Sequence record: MW812342.1
Strand: one strand, 5' to 3'
DNA: 64,000 bases
A program made the translations under genes and the position numbers. The first letter of the stretch is position 1. Every line of letters starts with the position of its first letter. The notes beneath the pieces were generated by a model. The model did not search any database, was not told the DNA's origin, and was given only the letters and a program-made list of their open reading frames with translations. Shown here piece after piece: positions 9,652-18,695 of the stretch.

Positions 9652-10204
9652 GGAGCATCCTTCAATGCGAATTCGTTTTAGCCCTGCATGGGAAGTTCAA
9701 CCTAACATAGATAAAGTAGCCAGCGTTAAAAAGTTGGAATTACTCCAACCGCTGTTCTTTAACTGGTTATATGACTGTGCTCCCGTTGCATTCAGTTCAA
9801 AGCTGTTGCCGGATTGCTCGCGTGAAACCATCTACAAATCGTTGATGGCTCCCCCGTTGCTTCCTGTTAAATATTATGACCAAGTGTTTGACTTGGTTAG
9901 ACAAGGTTCGAAAGAGTCCCTTTCCGATTTATATGGGGAACCTTTCACCGAACAGTTGCGCTGGGCTTTTGTCCAACGTAACGATGTTATAGTGGCGTCT
10001 CTAGTTGAAGCGAAGGCCGGACATCCGGGTTTCAGCCTCAGCGACGAACGCGCCGCGAAAAAGACGTTCTGCGCAGAACTTTTTAAATATGTGCGTACCA
10101 AGACTCGCGTCGTGGATGATTCATTCAGCACGTCTACGCAGTTTGCTGCTCATGAAGTGCTGACGCAACTCTACGCATGTCATTTATCACACAAGGTAAC
10201 TTGA
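9650..10204 (+). CDS. conserved protein between dnaB and MCP (phiKZ gp119-like; possible virion protein)
   Basis: Synteny; the start may be the ATG at 9665. Confidence 0.55.
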   Translation: MEHPSMRIRFSPAWEVQPNIDKVASVKKLELLQPLFFNWLYDCAPVAFSSKLLPDCSRETIYKSLMAPPLLPVKYYDQVFDLVRQGSKESLSDLYGEPFTEQLRWAFVQRNDVIVASLVEAKAGHPGFSLSDERAAKKTFCAELFKYVRTKTRVVDDSFSTSTQFAAHEVLTQLYACHLSHKVT

Positions 10205-10205
10205 A

Positions 10206-12527
10206 ATGAAAGAAACTCGAATCTCCAATCTGGAGCGACTGATTGAGCAAGGCAACACTCTGGTTGCTAACTCAGCAGTTGGCACCACCACTGCGGATCT
10301 GTGGAAAACTGTTGCAGTTGGCGAATCTGTTCGTAGTAACGCACATGCATTCTCTACCGCTGTAAACAACGCTGGCCAGGCATACGCTGCCGTGTACGGC
10401 GGTAAGCAGATGTCTCACGCGGCGCAGGTTGCGTCTGCCATGATTCTTTCTGCCATGGGCAACGAAGAAGAGTTCATGTCCAAGCCTGCTCGCGAATCTT
10501 CCGACAAGCGCTGGGCGAACCACATGGAAGTTGCCATCCCTGGCCAAGCTTCCCTGAACGCTGACTACGGCAAAACGCCGCTGGTTGCGACTGAGTATTA
10601 CACCAGCAAAGATCTGGACAAAAACCTGGGTCTGACCTGGACGCTGAACGTGCGCGCGCTGGAAACCCAGTCTGCGTTCGCTGAGAAACTGTTCCCAACC
10701 ATCACTGTTGACACCAACGACGTTGGTATCACCGTGCGCACCAAAATCACCACCGTAACCCGTGGTATTCTGAACGCACTGCTGGCGAAAGACAGCGTTG
10801 TCGACGATCGTAAACCGCTGCACAACGCGCTGACCGACCACACTGTGCTGCAAGACGATGCTATCCGCATCGTGCCGTACGTGATGGAAGATGGCGACAA
10901 CGCCGAATTCTTCGTGAGCGATGACATCATCGAAAACGAAACTGTGCGTCTGGGCCGCGTGCCGCCGTACCCGACTAACTATCTGGACATCAGCAAGCTG
11001 AAAGGCAACCTGTTCCGTCTGGCAGCGCATCCGGGTATCGTAGCTGAAGGTTACGACGAAACTGACGAAATCGCACCGGGTGCCGCACTGGGCTCGCTGC
11101 TGGTTTCTGTCCGTAAGCCGGGCGACGATGTGAAGGCTGGTAAGAAAATCATCCTGAACACTCGCGACATGCAGTTCGCAAGCTTCCAGCGTCCTCCTGA
11201 AGGTGACGGTCGTGAGCTGGTCCTCCAGTTCCGTCGTACTCAGTTCGCGCTGAACGGCGACTCTCTGGATTACAAAGGCGACGACATCCCTGCGCTGTCT
11301 GCCCTGAAACAGAGCAAGTACACCCTGCGCTACGTGATCAACATCACCATGAGCCTGTTCACCAACGGCCAGCGCTCCGGCCAGTACGAAATCAGCGGTG
11401 CCAACCTGTCTGTTGAAGATCTGGTTGATGCAACTGGTGCAGAAGTGTCGATGGATTCCGGTATCGGTAAAACCATCATGGACAACCTGAAAATCGAACT
11501 GCTGGGCTGGCGCTTCGACGGTACTCGTACCAACGAGAACCGGAGAACTCAGGGCCTGCTGCTGGACCCGGTCTGGGAGCAAGAGAACTACAAGCTGCAA
11601 TACGGTTCTCCTATCATGACCAAACAGCCGGTTGGCGTTGAATATGACGACGCTGAACGTCTGGATGACCTGGTATCTGCGGTTAACATCCGTAACGAAA
11701 TGCTGGCCATCACGCAGACCCTGTCTTACACCGATGCGGTTAAGCAGGCGAAAGCAACTATGGTTACGCAGTGGGATAAAACTGCTATCCGTGGTCTGGG
11801 CCGTCACTGGGTTGCTCCGTGGTTCGAAGAAGTTGACTTCAACGTCGACAAAATCGTTCAGTCTCTGGAGACCAAAGACGCGCTGATCAACGCCCGTCAG
11901 GCGCTGCTGCAACGTATCGCTGACCAGGTAACTCGCGCTATCCAGGATAGCCGTTACATGCCTGCTCTGCGTCTGTTGACTGCAAACCCGCAAGCTGTAC
12001 CGAAAGTTGTGATTGCAACTGACGAACCTACCGCTGCAATGCTGCTGCTGCAAGTTGGTGAAACTCGCCTGCTGGGCGACCGTTACGACTACGAAGTTGT
12101 GACCACCAACGATGACCGCTGGCGCATCAAGAACGAGGCCGATGGTTCTTGGACTCGTCGCCTGCAATGGGTTCTGAAAGTCGATGGTGTTGAAGACGGT
12201 TCTTACTGTGTTCTGAACTGGGGTAACCACTTCTGGTCTCCGATCATGGTAACCAACATCAACATCCAGCGTAACGGTTCTACCAGCAAAGAACTTGCTG
12301 TGCAGCCTCGTAACGCGCACATCTGCCACTGCCCGATCACTGGTCTGATCTGGGTTAAAGGTATCACCAAACTGGTTGAGCAGAAACTGGCTTACAACGT
12401 TGTTACCACTGAAAGTGGCGACGGCGCGACCGCAGGCGGCAACGCTGGCGCGGTAGCTGGTGACGCGAACACCGCTGGTACTACCACTCAGAGCGCTGGT
12501 ACTTCTACCACTGCTCCGAAAAGCTAA
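10206..12527 (+). CDS. major capsid protein precursor (phiKZ gp120 / SPN3US gp75-like)
   Basis: 773 aa, strongest codon bias in the window, AxE maturation motif ATE ending at residue 130, dnaB-MCP-RNAP synteny. Confidence 0.9.
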   Translation: MKETRISNLERLIEQGNTLVANSAVGTTTADLWKTVAVGESVRSNAHAFSTAVNNAGQAYAAVYGGKQMSHAAQVASAMILSAMGNEEEFMSKPARESSDKRWANHMEVAIPGQASLNADYGKTPLVATEYYTSKDLDKNLGLTWTLNVRALETQSAFAEKLFPTITVDTNDVGITVRTKITTVTRGILNALLAKDSVVDDRKPLHNALTDHTVLQDDAIRIVPYVMEDGDNAEFFVSDDIIENETVRLGRVPPYPTNYLDISKLKGNLFRLAAHPGIVAEGYDETDEIAPGAALGSLLVSVRKPGDDVKAGKKIILNTRDMQFASFQRPPEGDGRELVLQFRRTQFALNGDSLDYKGDDIPALSALKQSKYTLRYVINITMSLFTNGQRSGQYEISGANLSVEDLVDATGAEVSMDSGIGKTIMDNLKIELLGWRFDGTRTNENRRTQGLLLDPVWEQENYKLQYGSPIMTKQPVGVEYDDAERLDDLVSAVNIRNEMLAITQTLSYTDAVKQAKATMVTQWDKTAIRGLGRHWVAPWFEEVDFNVDKIVQSLETKDALINARQALLQRIADQVTRAIQDSRYMPALRLLTANPQAVPKVVIATDEPTAAMLLLQVGETRLLGDRYDYEVVTTNDDRWRIKNEADGSWTRRLQWVLKVDGVEDGSYCVLNWGNHFWSPIMVTNINIQRNGSTSKELAVQPRNAHICHCPITGLIWVKGITKLVEQKLAYNVVTTESGDGATAGGNAGAVAGDANTAGTTTQSAGTSTTAPKS

Positions 12528-12547
12528 GCCTTAGGCTGACGCGGAAT

Positions 12548-12582
12548 ACCCTACTCCTTCGGGAGTAGGGTTTTTCTTTTTT
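12548..12582 (+). terminator. Rho-independent terminator of MCP
   Basis: ACCCTACTCC-TTCG-GGAGTAGGGT plus T run; core identical to 53534-53558. Confidence 0.9.
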
Positions 12583-12595
12583 GTCTAAATTTTTT

Positions 12596-12616
12596 GAGAT
12601 AGATATTATCTAAGGG
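12596..12616 (+). promoter_or_regulatory. putative early promoter/operator motif, copy 2
   Basis: GAGATAGATATTATCTAAGGG. Confidence 0.65.
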
Positions 12617-12651
12617 AAGCATCATTCTTTTCATTTATAAGGAGTATTATC

Positions 12652-13404
12652 GTGGATATTGATTCATTACCGGTTATCGAGTTTACCAGCATCAAAAGCG
12701 TAGTGCCTGTATTCAACGGTCGGGGTTATCTGGTCGAGTTCACCAATAAACTTACCACCCGTCACTGGCTGGCCAGAAAGATGATACACACCCCAGTTTA
12801 CATGAGCAAAGATGCCCATGCCGCGCTTCTGGCGTATATCGCCCAGCAAAAGCAGGTGATCGAGAAGAAGGATGGTTGGGGGTACAGTACCGAATATCTG
12901 GTGCTCGGTGGCGTTTGTTTTAGCTCCCCGTATTTTGAACGCCATTCTTACCGTGCCGAAGAAGCCGTAGAACAACTCGGCGAAATGTATGTTGAGTTGG
13001 CCGCCGGAACGTCGCTGAATGCCCGATACAGTTGGCAGCCCGTTCCATGGGATCACAATCACGCTGTGATGTCAGTCACTCCTGATCCGGACATTTATCT
13101 GGTTCTGAGTGCCGATAAAGGTATGGTTACTTATCTGCGGAAAGAGTTCACGGAGTCGCAATACGGTCATGAGCATCTAAGTCGACAGTTCTTGCAGCGC
13201 GACTATGCTAGTATGGACAGCCCCGTTGTCGAAACGGACATTGAGTTAATCAACATGGCCGACCGTTTGTACAGCGTGGCGACCACCGGCACCTTCCCAA
13301 CTGATGGTTATACACTGACCTTAGAACTGGGATTGGGTAAGTTGGACGTGGCGAAGATGAACAAAGCCCGGCTCCTCAAACTCGCGGAAACCCTGATACC
13401 GTAA
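12652..13404 (+). CDS. hypothetical protein
   Basis: 250 aa, GTG start with AAGGAG RBS, downstream of promoter motif. Confidence 0.7.
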   Translation: MDIDSLPVIEFTSIKSVVPVFNGRGYLVEFTNKLTTRHWLARKMIHTPVYMSKDAHAALLAYIAQQKQVIEKKDGWGYSTEYLVLGGVCFSSPYFERHSYRAEEAVEQLGEMYVELAAGTSLNARYSWQPVPWDHNHAVMSVTPDPDIYLVLSADKGMVTYLRKEFTESQYGHEHLSRQFLQRDYASMDSPVVETDIELINMADRLYSVATTGTFPTDGYTLTLELGLGKLDVAKMNKARLLKLAETLIP

Positions 13405-13454
13405 CATTTTTACACCAGAGGCATAGCCTATGTGCCTCTTTGAATCCAACCATT

Positions 13455-13477
13455 CTGAGATAGATATTATCTCTGTG
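13455..13477 (+). promoter_or_regulatory. putative early promoter/operator motif, copy 3
   Basis: CTGAGATAGATATTATCTCTGTG upstream of the 363-aa gene and nvRNAP subunit gene. Confidence 0.65.
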
Positions 13478-13511
13478 AATTGACGATTGGTTTTGAAGCT
13501 GGATGTAATTA

Positions 13512-14603
13512 ATGAAACGACATAATCTGGATATCGCACCGGTGATCTCGAAGAAGCCTATCCGGCATAACGCCCTTAGGAAAACCTTCACTTACGAGAA
13601 TAACACCGGCACGCCAGTCTACGTTACGGATTCAACAGGGTCGTACATTATCATTGAACCCAAGAGAAATGTTATTTCGCCGAATGCGATTGTGGTGTAC
13701 GTCACCTACAGCATCCCGGCGGGAATGGCTAACCTCATTGGCATCGCAGACACCTTACCTGCGGCTGTCTATCAGAATCTGTGTCGTGAACTGGATAGGT
13801 TTGGTGAATCCACGCTGATGTACATCGTGGAAGATCCCGTACCCATTTTACGTGGAGAAGCTATTGTATTGGAGAACCTAGGGTTATCCTTCTCGGTTCG
13901 TCCATTAGAACTGGATAAGACACCTGTTCGTCGCAATGGCCAAGCGACAGAATTGACGTTAGGTATTGTTGTAGTGCAGAGCCACGAAGACACACGGGTA
14001 ATAAAGTGGGTTCGGTATTACAACACGATGGTTCAGGTGGTTCCAATTAAGGCGAAGTTTTACGAGCCGGGAATGTATCTGGTGATGATGAGTGGGGATA
14101 TTGTAGAAGGAAGCCGATTGCTACATTTCGACTTTGATGATCCAATGTCACCGATGCGGGGATTTGATACAGAAGAAGCAGCTCGCCAGTTCAGGTGGGT
14201 TACGGATGCTGTCCCGGCATTATCTGATCTCAGAAATAAACTCGAAGCGCAAATCGCTGCCAACGACTTGTCTTACGCTCAGCACAAGCAACAGTTAGAT
14301 GTTGAGCATAGACGCAAGCTTAACGAAATGACAATCGAACGGGAGCAACAGGCCGCCCTCTTCAGGGAACTGGAGATGAAGGTTAAACAGCGAGCAGAAG
14401 AACGAAAAGACAGCTTTGATGAACGGTCTACAATACGTAAAGACCATTACGACGAACGGTCAACCGTCAGGAAAGACCAATCGGACGAACGTAAGGAACA
14501 TTACGAAAACCGTTCGCAGACACGTAAAGACGCGTCTGAAACATTGAAAGCTATCCCAGCCATTTTAGCAGCGGGGGTGGCTATCGTAGCGATGCTTATG
14601 TGA
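13512..14603 (+). CDS. conserved Chimalliviridae protein (phiKZ gp122-like by position) with coiled coil and hydrophobic C-terminus
   Basis: 11-aa repeats ERSTxRKDxxD; C-terminal IPAILAAGVAIVAMLM; lies immediately before RNAP subunit. Confidence 0.55.
   Translation: MKRHNLDIAPVISKKPIRHNALRKTFTYENNTGTPVYVTDSTGSYIIIEPKRNVISPNAIVVYVTYSIPAGMANLIGIADTLPAAVYQNLCRELDRFGESTLMYIVEDPVPILRGEAIVLENLGLSFSVRPLELDKTPVRRNGQATELTLGIVVVQSHEDTRVIKWVRYYNTMVQVVPIKAKFYEPGMYLVMMSGDIVEGSRLLHFDFDDPMSPMRGFDTEEAARQFRWVTDAVPALSDLRNKLEAQIAANDLSYAQHKQQLDVEHRRKLNEMTIEREQQAALFRELEMKVKQRAEERKDSFDERSTIRKDHYDERSTVRKDQSDERKEHYENRSQTRKDASETLKAIPAILAAGVAIVAMLM
14421..14507 (+). repeat. 33-bp imperfect tandem repeat (11-aa hendecad)
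   Basis: Units start GAACG at 14421, 14454 and 14487. Confidence 0.8.
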
Positions 14604-14616
14604 GAGGAGAGAATGT

Positions 14617-16386
14617 GTGTTTGCAGATGCGATAAAACAGTTAAAGGAGTCCGGTAAGATTGTTCCCTTTAACCGCGCGGTAGCAGAAGGCGTCGGCTAT
14701 GCACAAGCAAAAGATGGTATTCATGAACGGGTGTACGGGATTCTGAAACGCGAACTCACGTACGATGCAGAAACCAACCCACGATTGCCCATCGGGTTAG
14801 CGGTGCAACAATATCGTTTCATGTCACCATTCGAAGCCTTTATCTTCAAGGTGGCAAAGGCAGACAATCGACAAGCACGGGGTCGTGCACCTGTCTCCAT
14901 TGCCAGAACCGATCAGTATATGATCATGGCCAACATCCGTATACCGGGAGAGAACAGACTCACAGCGCGTCCGATGTATCTGCCGTTTATACGTCGCGGT
15001 GGATTAATGTATTCGTGGGGTACCTTGTACCACGTTGCACCAGTGATTCACCAACCGGGGATCTGTCGCGAGCATGGCGGTATTTTCATTAACTTCGACT
15101 TCACCCGTAAGGTCTCACTGAAATTCTGTAAGCATTCCGTGAAGATTCTGGTTAACGGGAAAAAGGAGGAAATCTTCCTGCCGGGTACATCGAACCTCTA
15201 CGTTCCTAAAACGACGCAGGGGCAAGATTCCGATGAGAAGCCTCTGTTGTATTGGTTGTTCGGTAAGTACGGCTTCAAAGAGGCTGTAGAGCGTTATACG
15301 GGCGCACGCGTTGCTATCTGGCCATCGTACAATCTCAGGTCTATCGATTTGAATAAATACGTGGTCGTGCAATCGGGTGAACCGCAACTGGGTAAAAATA
15401 TCCAGTATGCGATTGTCGTGCGGCGCGAAGATTTACCGAGCACAGAGAAGTCACGCTGGGATCAGAACGAGCACATGTTGCTGGCGATGTGTGCAGCTTT
15501 CTACAAAGCCGCGCATTTCTACGCAGGTCGCCGTACTGGTCGGAGTCAGCAACGTAACGCATTGGCACCGCTGTTCACCTCCATCAACGAATTCGATGTG
15601 GACGGTGACATCGCCAACCTGAACTCTAAGGATATCTGGAAGGAAATTCTGGGACGCAGTATTCAGGGTACGAAACCTTCTGATGTGGATTTGCTGCGAA
15701 GCATGAACAGCCACTTCATGGAGTGTGAGCGTTATGTGAACAACACGTTCCGTGCCGAACTCATGGCGGTGGACCCGGACATTGATCCAGAGATGGACAT
15801 GTTCGACTTCCTGTACTACACCACCAAGATGATGGTTCGCACACGTTTGACCAAGCAGGATGACTATTCGTCCATGTACGGCAAACGCCTAACCGTTACC
15901 GATTACCTGTTGCTTGCGCCAAAAGGGTTCACCAGTACGATCTCCAACATCCGTTGGCGGTTGAGTCAGCTGGAGAATCGGACAGCCGAAAGTTGCCACG
16001 AAACTATTCGTGATGAATTGAATAAGAAGATTGTACCTAACCTGGTTTGCCGTGGTATCACGTCAAACGGGGGCATCAACTTCTTCAATGCGTCTACTGA
16101 ATCGATGGTACTCGCGGTCTCAACGCACGCAATCGGTCAGACGGAAACAGACAGTAAACGCGGTAAGAAAGGTAAGACCGTTAACCTTAACGACCGTACC
16201 AAACACGCTTCGGCGTCGCACCTTGAATGTGGTAACGTACACTTCATTCCGAAGTCTGCCCCGTTCAAGTCCAACATCCTCAATGCGTATATGGTGACCA
16301 GCCGCCAGCTTGTGATGATGCGTAACCCGAAACTGAAGAAAGAAATCGAAGCCGCCGAAATTGACATCGCGCAAATCGGCCGATAA
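14617..16386 (+). CDS. non-virion RNA polymerase beta-like subunit, N-terminal part (phiKZ gp123-like)
   Basis: 589 aa, GTG start with GGAG RBS; RPMYLPFI...GTLYHVAPV resembles the RpoB N-terminal region; canonical position downstream of MCP. Confidence 0.75.
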   Translation: MFADAIKQLKESGKIVPFNRAVAEGVGYAQAKDGIHERVYGILKRELTYDAETNPRLPIGLAVQQYRFMSPFEAFIFKVAKADNRQARGRAPVSIARTDQYMIMANIRIPGENRLTARPMYLPFIRRGGLMYSWGTLYHVAPVIHQPGICREHGGIFINFDFTRKVSLKFCKHSVKILVNGKKEEIFLPGTSNLYVPKTTQGQDSDEKPLLYWLFGKYGFKEAVERYTGARVAIWPSYNLRSIDLNKYVVVQSGEPQLGKNIQYAIVVRREDLPSTEKSRWDQNEHMLLAMCAAFYKAAHFYAGRRTGRSQQRNALAPLFTSINEFDVDGDIANLNSKDIWKEILGRSIQGTKPSDVDLLRSMNSHFMECERYVNNTFRAELMAVDPDIDPEMDMFDFLYYTTKMMVRTRLTKQDDYSSMYGKRLTVTDYLLLAPKGFTSTISNIRWRLSQLENRTAESCHETIRDELNKKIVPNLVCRGITSNGGINFFNASTESMVLAVSTHAIGQTETDSKRGKKGKTVNLNDRTKHASASHLECGNVHFIPKSAPFKSNILNAYMVTSRQLVMMRNPKLKKEIEAAEIDIAQIGR

Positions 16387-16410
16387 GTATACTTTAAGGA
16401 GAATCATTTA

Positions 16411-17979
16411 ATGGCAATTTCATCCAGTGCAGTCGTGAAAATCATCGAAAGTCGTTTAGCGGCTGGCAATGACACGACGCTTACTGCCATCAATCAGGCC
16501 ATCAGCGAACGTGGTATCAGTGCGCAGGATGCACTGGACATCGCTATCCAGATTGGTGACATACTCTTGGGTAAGGGTGTTGCTCAAGACAAGATTGTAG
16601 AGAACATCATTTCTGCGTACAAAGCCGCTGCGTATCAGCTGTTGCAGAAAGCCGGTATCGCGTTCCAGAGCGATCCGGGTCTACATGAACGTCTGAACAA
16701 GTTCTTCCAAGAGGTGCGGGCCATGATCAAAGCCGCCGCTCAGACTTCCAGTGGAACGTTGGGTGGATTGGTCGGTACCGCAATTCCGGGTGCAAGTTTG
16801 TCTGTTGCTCCAAGTGCGCCAGCAACGTCTTCCCCAATCGGTGATTTGGGTGGGATTCAAGTTGGTGATGGTATTCCCGTAACTCCGGCTGTCACCAGTC
16901 CGGGTCTTAGTGCAGTTAGTGCCGCGCCGCTTGAGGCGTTTGCAGAAACTCCCGCAGCCGCCAAAGCCGCTGCACCACAACAACCCGCACCAAAGGTGAA
17001 TCCCGTGTTAAACGCTCCGGTTAAACAGATTATCGAGGTAGAAGATTTGGAAACGTACGCAGAACATGAACTGTCAACGCCGCGTACTCGCGTGTCGATC
17101 AGTGCGAAAGATGCCAATGAAAAAGTCAACGAGTTCCTGACCACCGGTAACTGGGTTGAACCATTGGCTGATCTCCTGGCCGGGAAAACCAACGCGGTGT
17201 ATTACGCAGGCGCAGATATTCTGGTGCGTGCTAACCGTGTCACCCGTCGTTATCTGGTTAACCCGACGAAAGACGCCGAGTTCGAAACCCGTATTGCGGA
17301 GTTCACCTCGCAACACGAATCTCAGCTGGCCCGTCTGGATGATCTCTACGGGATGGATGACCCTGAGAAAATCATCAATGCGGTAACGTCAGTTGTGCAG
17401 AAGATGAAAGAGAACATCGTCTCCTTCTACACCGATATGCTGCGCGAAGGAGCAGCCTCTGAAATCGTGGCTTCCGAAGTAGCTCGCTTCACCAACGTTG
17501 CATTGGGCACCATGTCCATTGCGGTACACAACGCGCTGAGCCTCGGTACTAACCGCTGCCAGAACATCCCAACCAATCCGAAGATTGAGCTGGAGCGTAA
17601 CATGGATGACCTGGAGTTCTTCTCCGACATCCTGTACCAGAAAACCGTTGGCGATAACGGCTACACCACGGAGCCAGATTTCTTCCGTGAGCTGTTCATG
17701 ATGGTGGCCTCTTCCCTGCGTAAAGTTAACGTGCGCTACAGTTCTGGTGAGCTGATCGTACGTCATGAAGTCGCAGAGATTGTGATTCCGGGTAACTACC
17801 CAACCCTGAAACGCAATAACGTGGTGGGCAAACATTCTCTGGGTGCAACACACGACCCGGTGACCACCATCTTCGAAGAGTTCGTCCGTAACAAGCCAGA
17901 AGTGAGCGTCATGCTGAAAGCCGATGAAACTTATCTGCTGCTGAGCACTGGCGAAAACACTGCGCCGATTTACTACTAA
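16411..17979 (+). CDS. conserved hypothetical jumbo-phage protein with Ala/Pro-rich linker
   Basis: 522 aa, AAGGAG RBS, good codon bias, terminator follows. Confidence 0.7.
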   Translation: MAISSSAVVKIIESRLAAGNDTTLTAINQAISERGISAQDALDIAIQIGDILLGKGVAQDKIVENIISAYKAAAYQLLQKAGIAFQSDPGLHERLNKFFQEVRAMIKAAAQTSSGTLGGLVGTAIPGASLSVAPSAPATSSPIGDLGGIQVGDGIPVTPAVTSPGLSAVSAAPLEAFAETPAAAKAAAPQQPAPKVNPVLNAPVKQIIEVEDLETYAEHELSTPRTRVSISAKDANEKVNEFLTTGNWVEPLADLLAGKTNAVYYAGADILVRANRVTRRYLVNPTKDAEFETRIAEFTSQHESQLARLDDLYGMDDPEKIINAVTSVVQKMKENIVSFYTDMLREGAASEIVASEVARFTNVALGTMSIAVHNALSLGTNRCQNIPTNPKIELERNMDDLEFFSDILYQKTVGDNGYTTEPDFFRELFMMVASSLRKVNVRYSSGELIVRHEVAEIVIPGNYPTLKRNNVVGKHSLGATHDPVTTIFEEFVRNKPEVSVMLKADETYLLLSTGENTAPIYY

Positions 17980-17987
17980 GCACAAAC

Positions 17988-18021
17988 AGGTGACCTTCGG
18001 GTCACCTTGTTTATTTTTTAT
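17988..18021 (+). terminator. Rho-independent terminator
   Basis: AGGTGACC-TTCG-GGTCACCT plus T-rich tail. Confidence 0.85.
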
Positions 18022-18039
18022 TTGCAGGGGTGAGAAATA

Positions 18040-18306
18040 ATGTTAACGGTTGACATTTTAGATTCTACTGGCAAGAAGTTGTTCGATTTCGATCTGTCGG
18101 TCACGGGGGGTAAAGTTATGGAGTTCGCGAAAGCCTGCGATCGCCACGCTACGCAGGTTATTAAGAACAAACGCAGCGTCCGCTATTCCATGGTCAAGAA
18201 AGAGTTGGATGCGTGTCTGCGCGGTACATTAATCGCCCACCACCTCGCACGCCTCAATACCCTCGACCCACATTTTACCTTCATTACTCACGATTATTAT
18301 AGATAA
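18040..18306 (+). CDS. hypothetical protein
   Basis: 88-aa ORF. Confidence 0.6.
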   Translation: MLTVDILDSTGKKLFDFDLSVTGGKVMEFAKACDRHATQVIKNKRSVRYSMVKKELDACLRGTLIAHHLARLNTLDPHFTFITHDYYR

Positions 18307-18329
18307 CGTGATACACGCTGAGGTGTAAG

Positions 18330-18635
18330 ATGGTCAAGTTGCTTGTAATCGAGTTAAATCAGTACCGGGATGTGTTGCATCGGTTCGAGCTACCTGACAA
18401 CGTAGCGACCACCGCGTTCATGGAACGTTTCCGGGGAACCAAGACAGCCATCTATGGTGGTCGTCGCTGGACAGTCTATTATAACGTGCGTGGGGCACTC
18501 ACAGACGCGTTAACCGCAGGAAAGGTAAAGGAGACTACGGCATTTTTAAAAGCCTACGAGAAAGACCCGCTGGCGATTGGTATCATGTTGGCCGAGAAAG
18601 AACAAATCGGTCGGCCTGCACAATCGGACGAATAA
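18330..18635 (+). CDS. hypothetical protein
   Basis: 101-aa ORF with GAGGT RBS; N-terminus resembles preceding ORF (LxV/I-D/E-I/L...F-D/E-L), possible paralog. Confidence 0.6.
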   Translation: MVKLLVIELNQYRDVLHRFELPDNVATTAFMERFRGTKTAIYGGRRWTVYYNVRGALTDALTAGKVKETTAFLKAYEKDPLAIGIMLAEKEQIGRPAQSDE

Positions 18636-18690
18636 AAAAAGAGCAAACTCCTACCCATGAAGGTAGGAGTTGTGCTGCTTATTTTTTTTT
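18634..18690. terminator. bidirectional terminator
   Basis: A7 run, AACTCCTACC/GGTAGGAGTT stem, then T9 run between convergent genes. Confidence 0.8.
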
Positions 18691-18695
18691 GCTAT

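Noticed and set aside
10272-12329. 685-aa antisense ORF opposite the MCP
   Set aside because: Typical shadow ORF of a strongly codon-biased gene; no RBS or recognisable domain.
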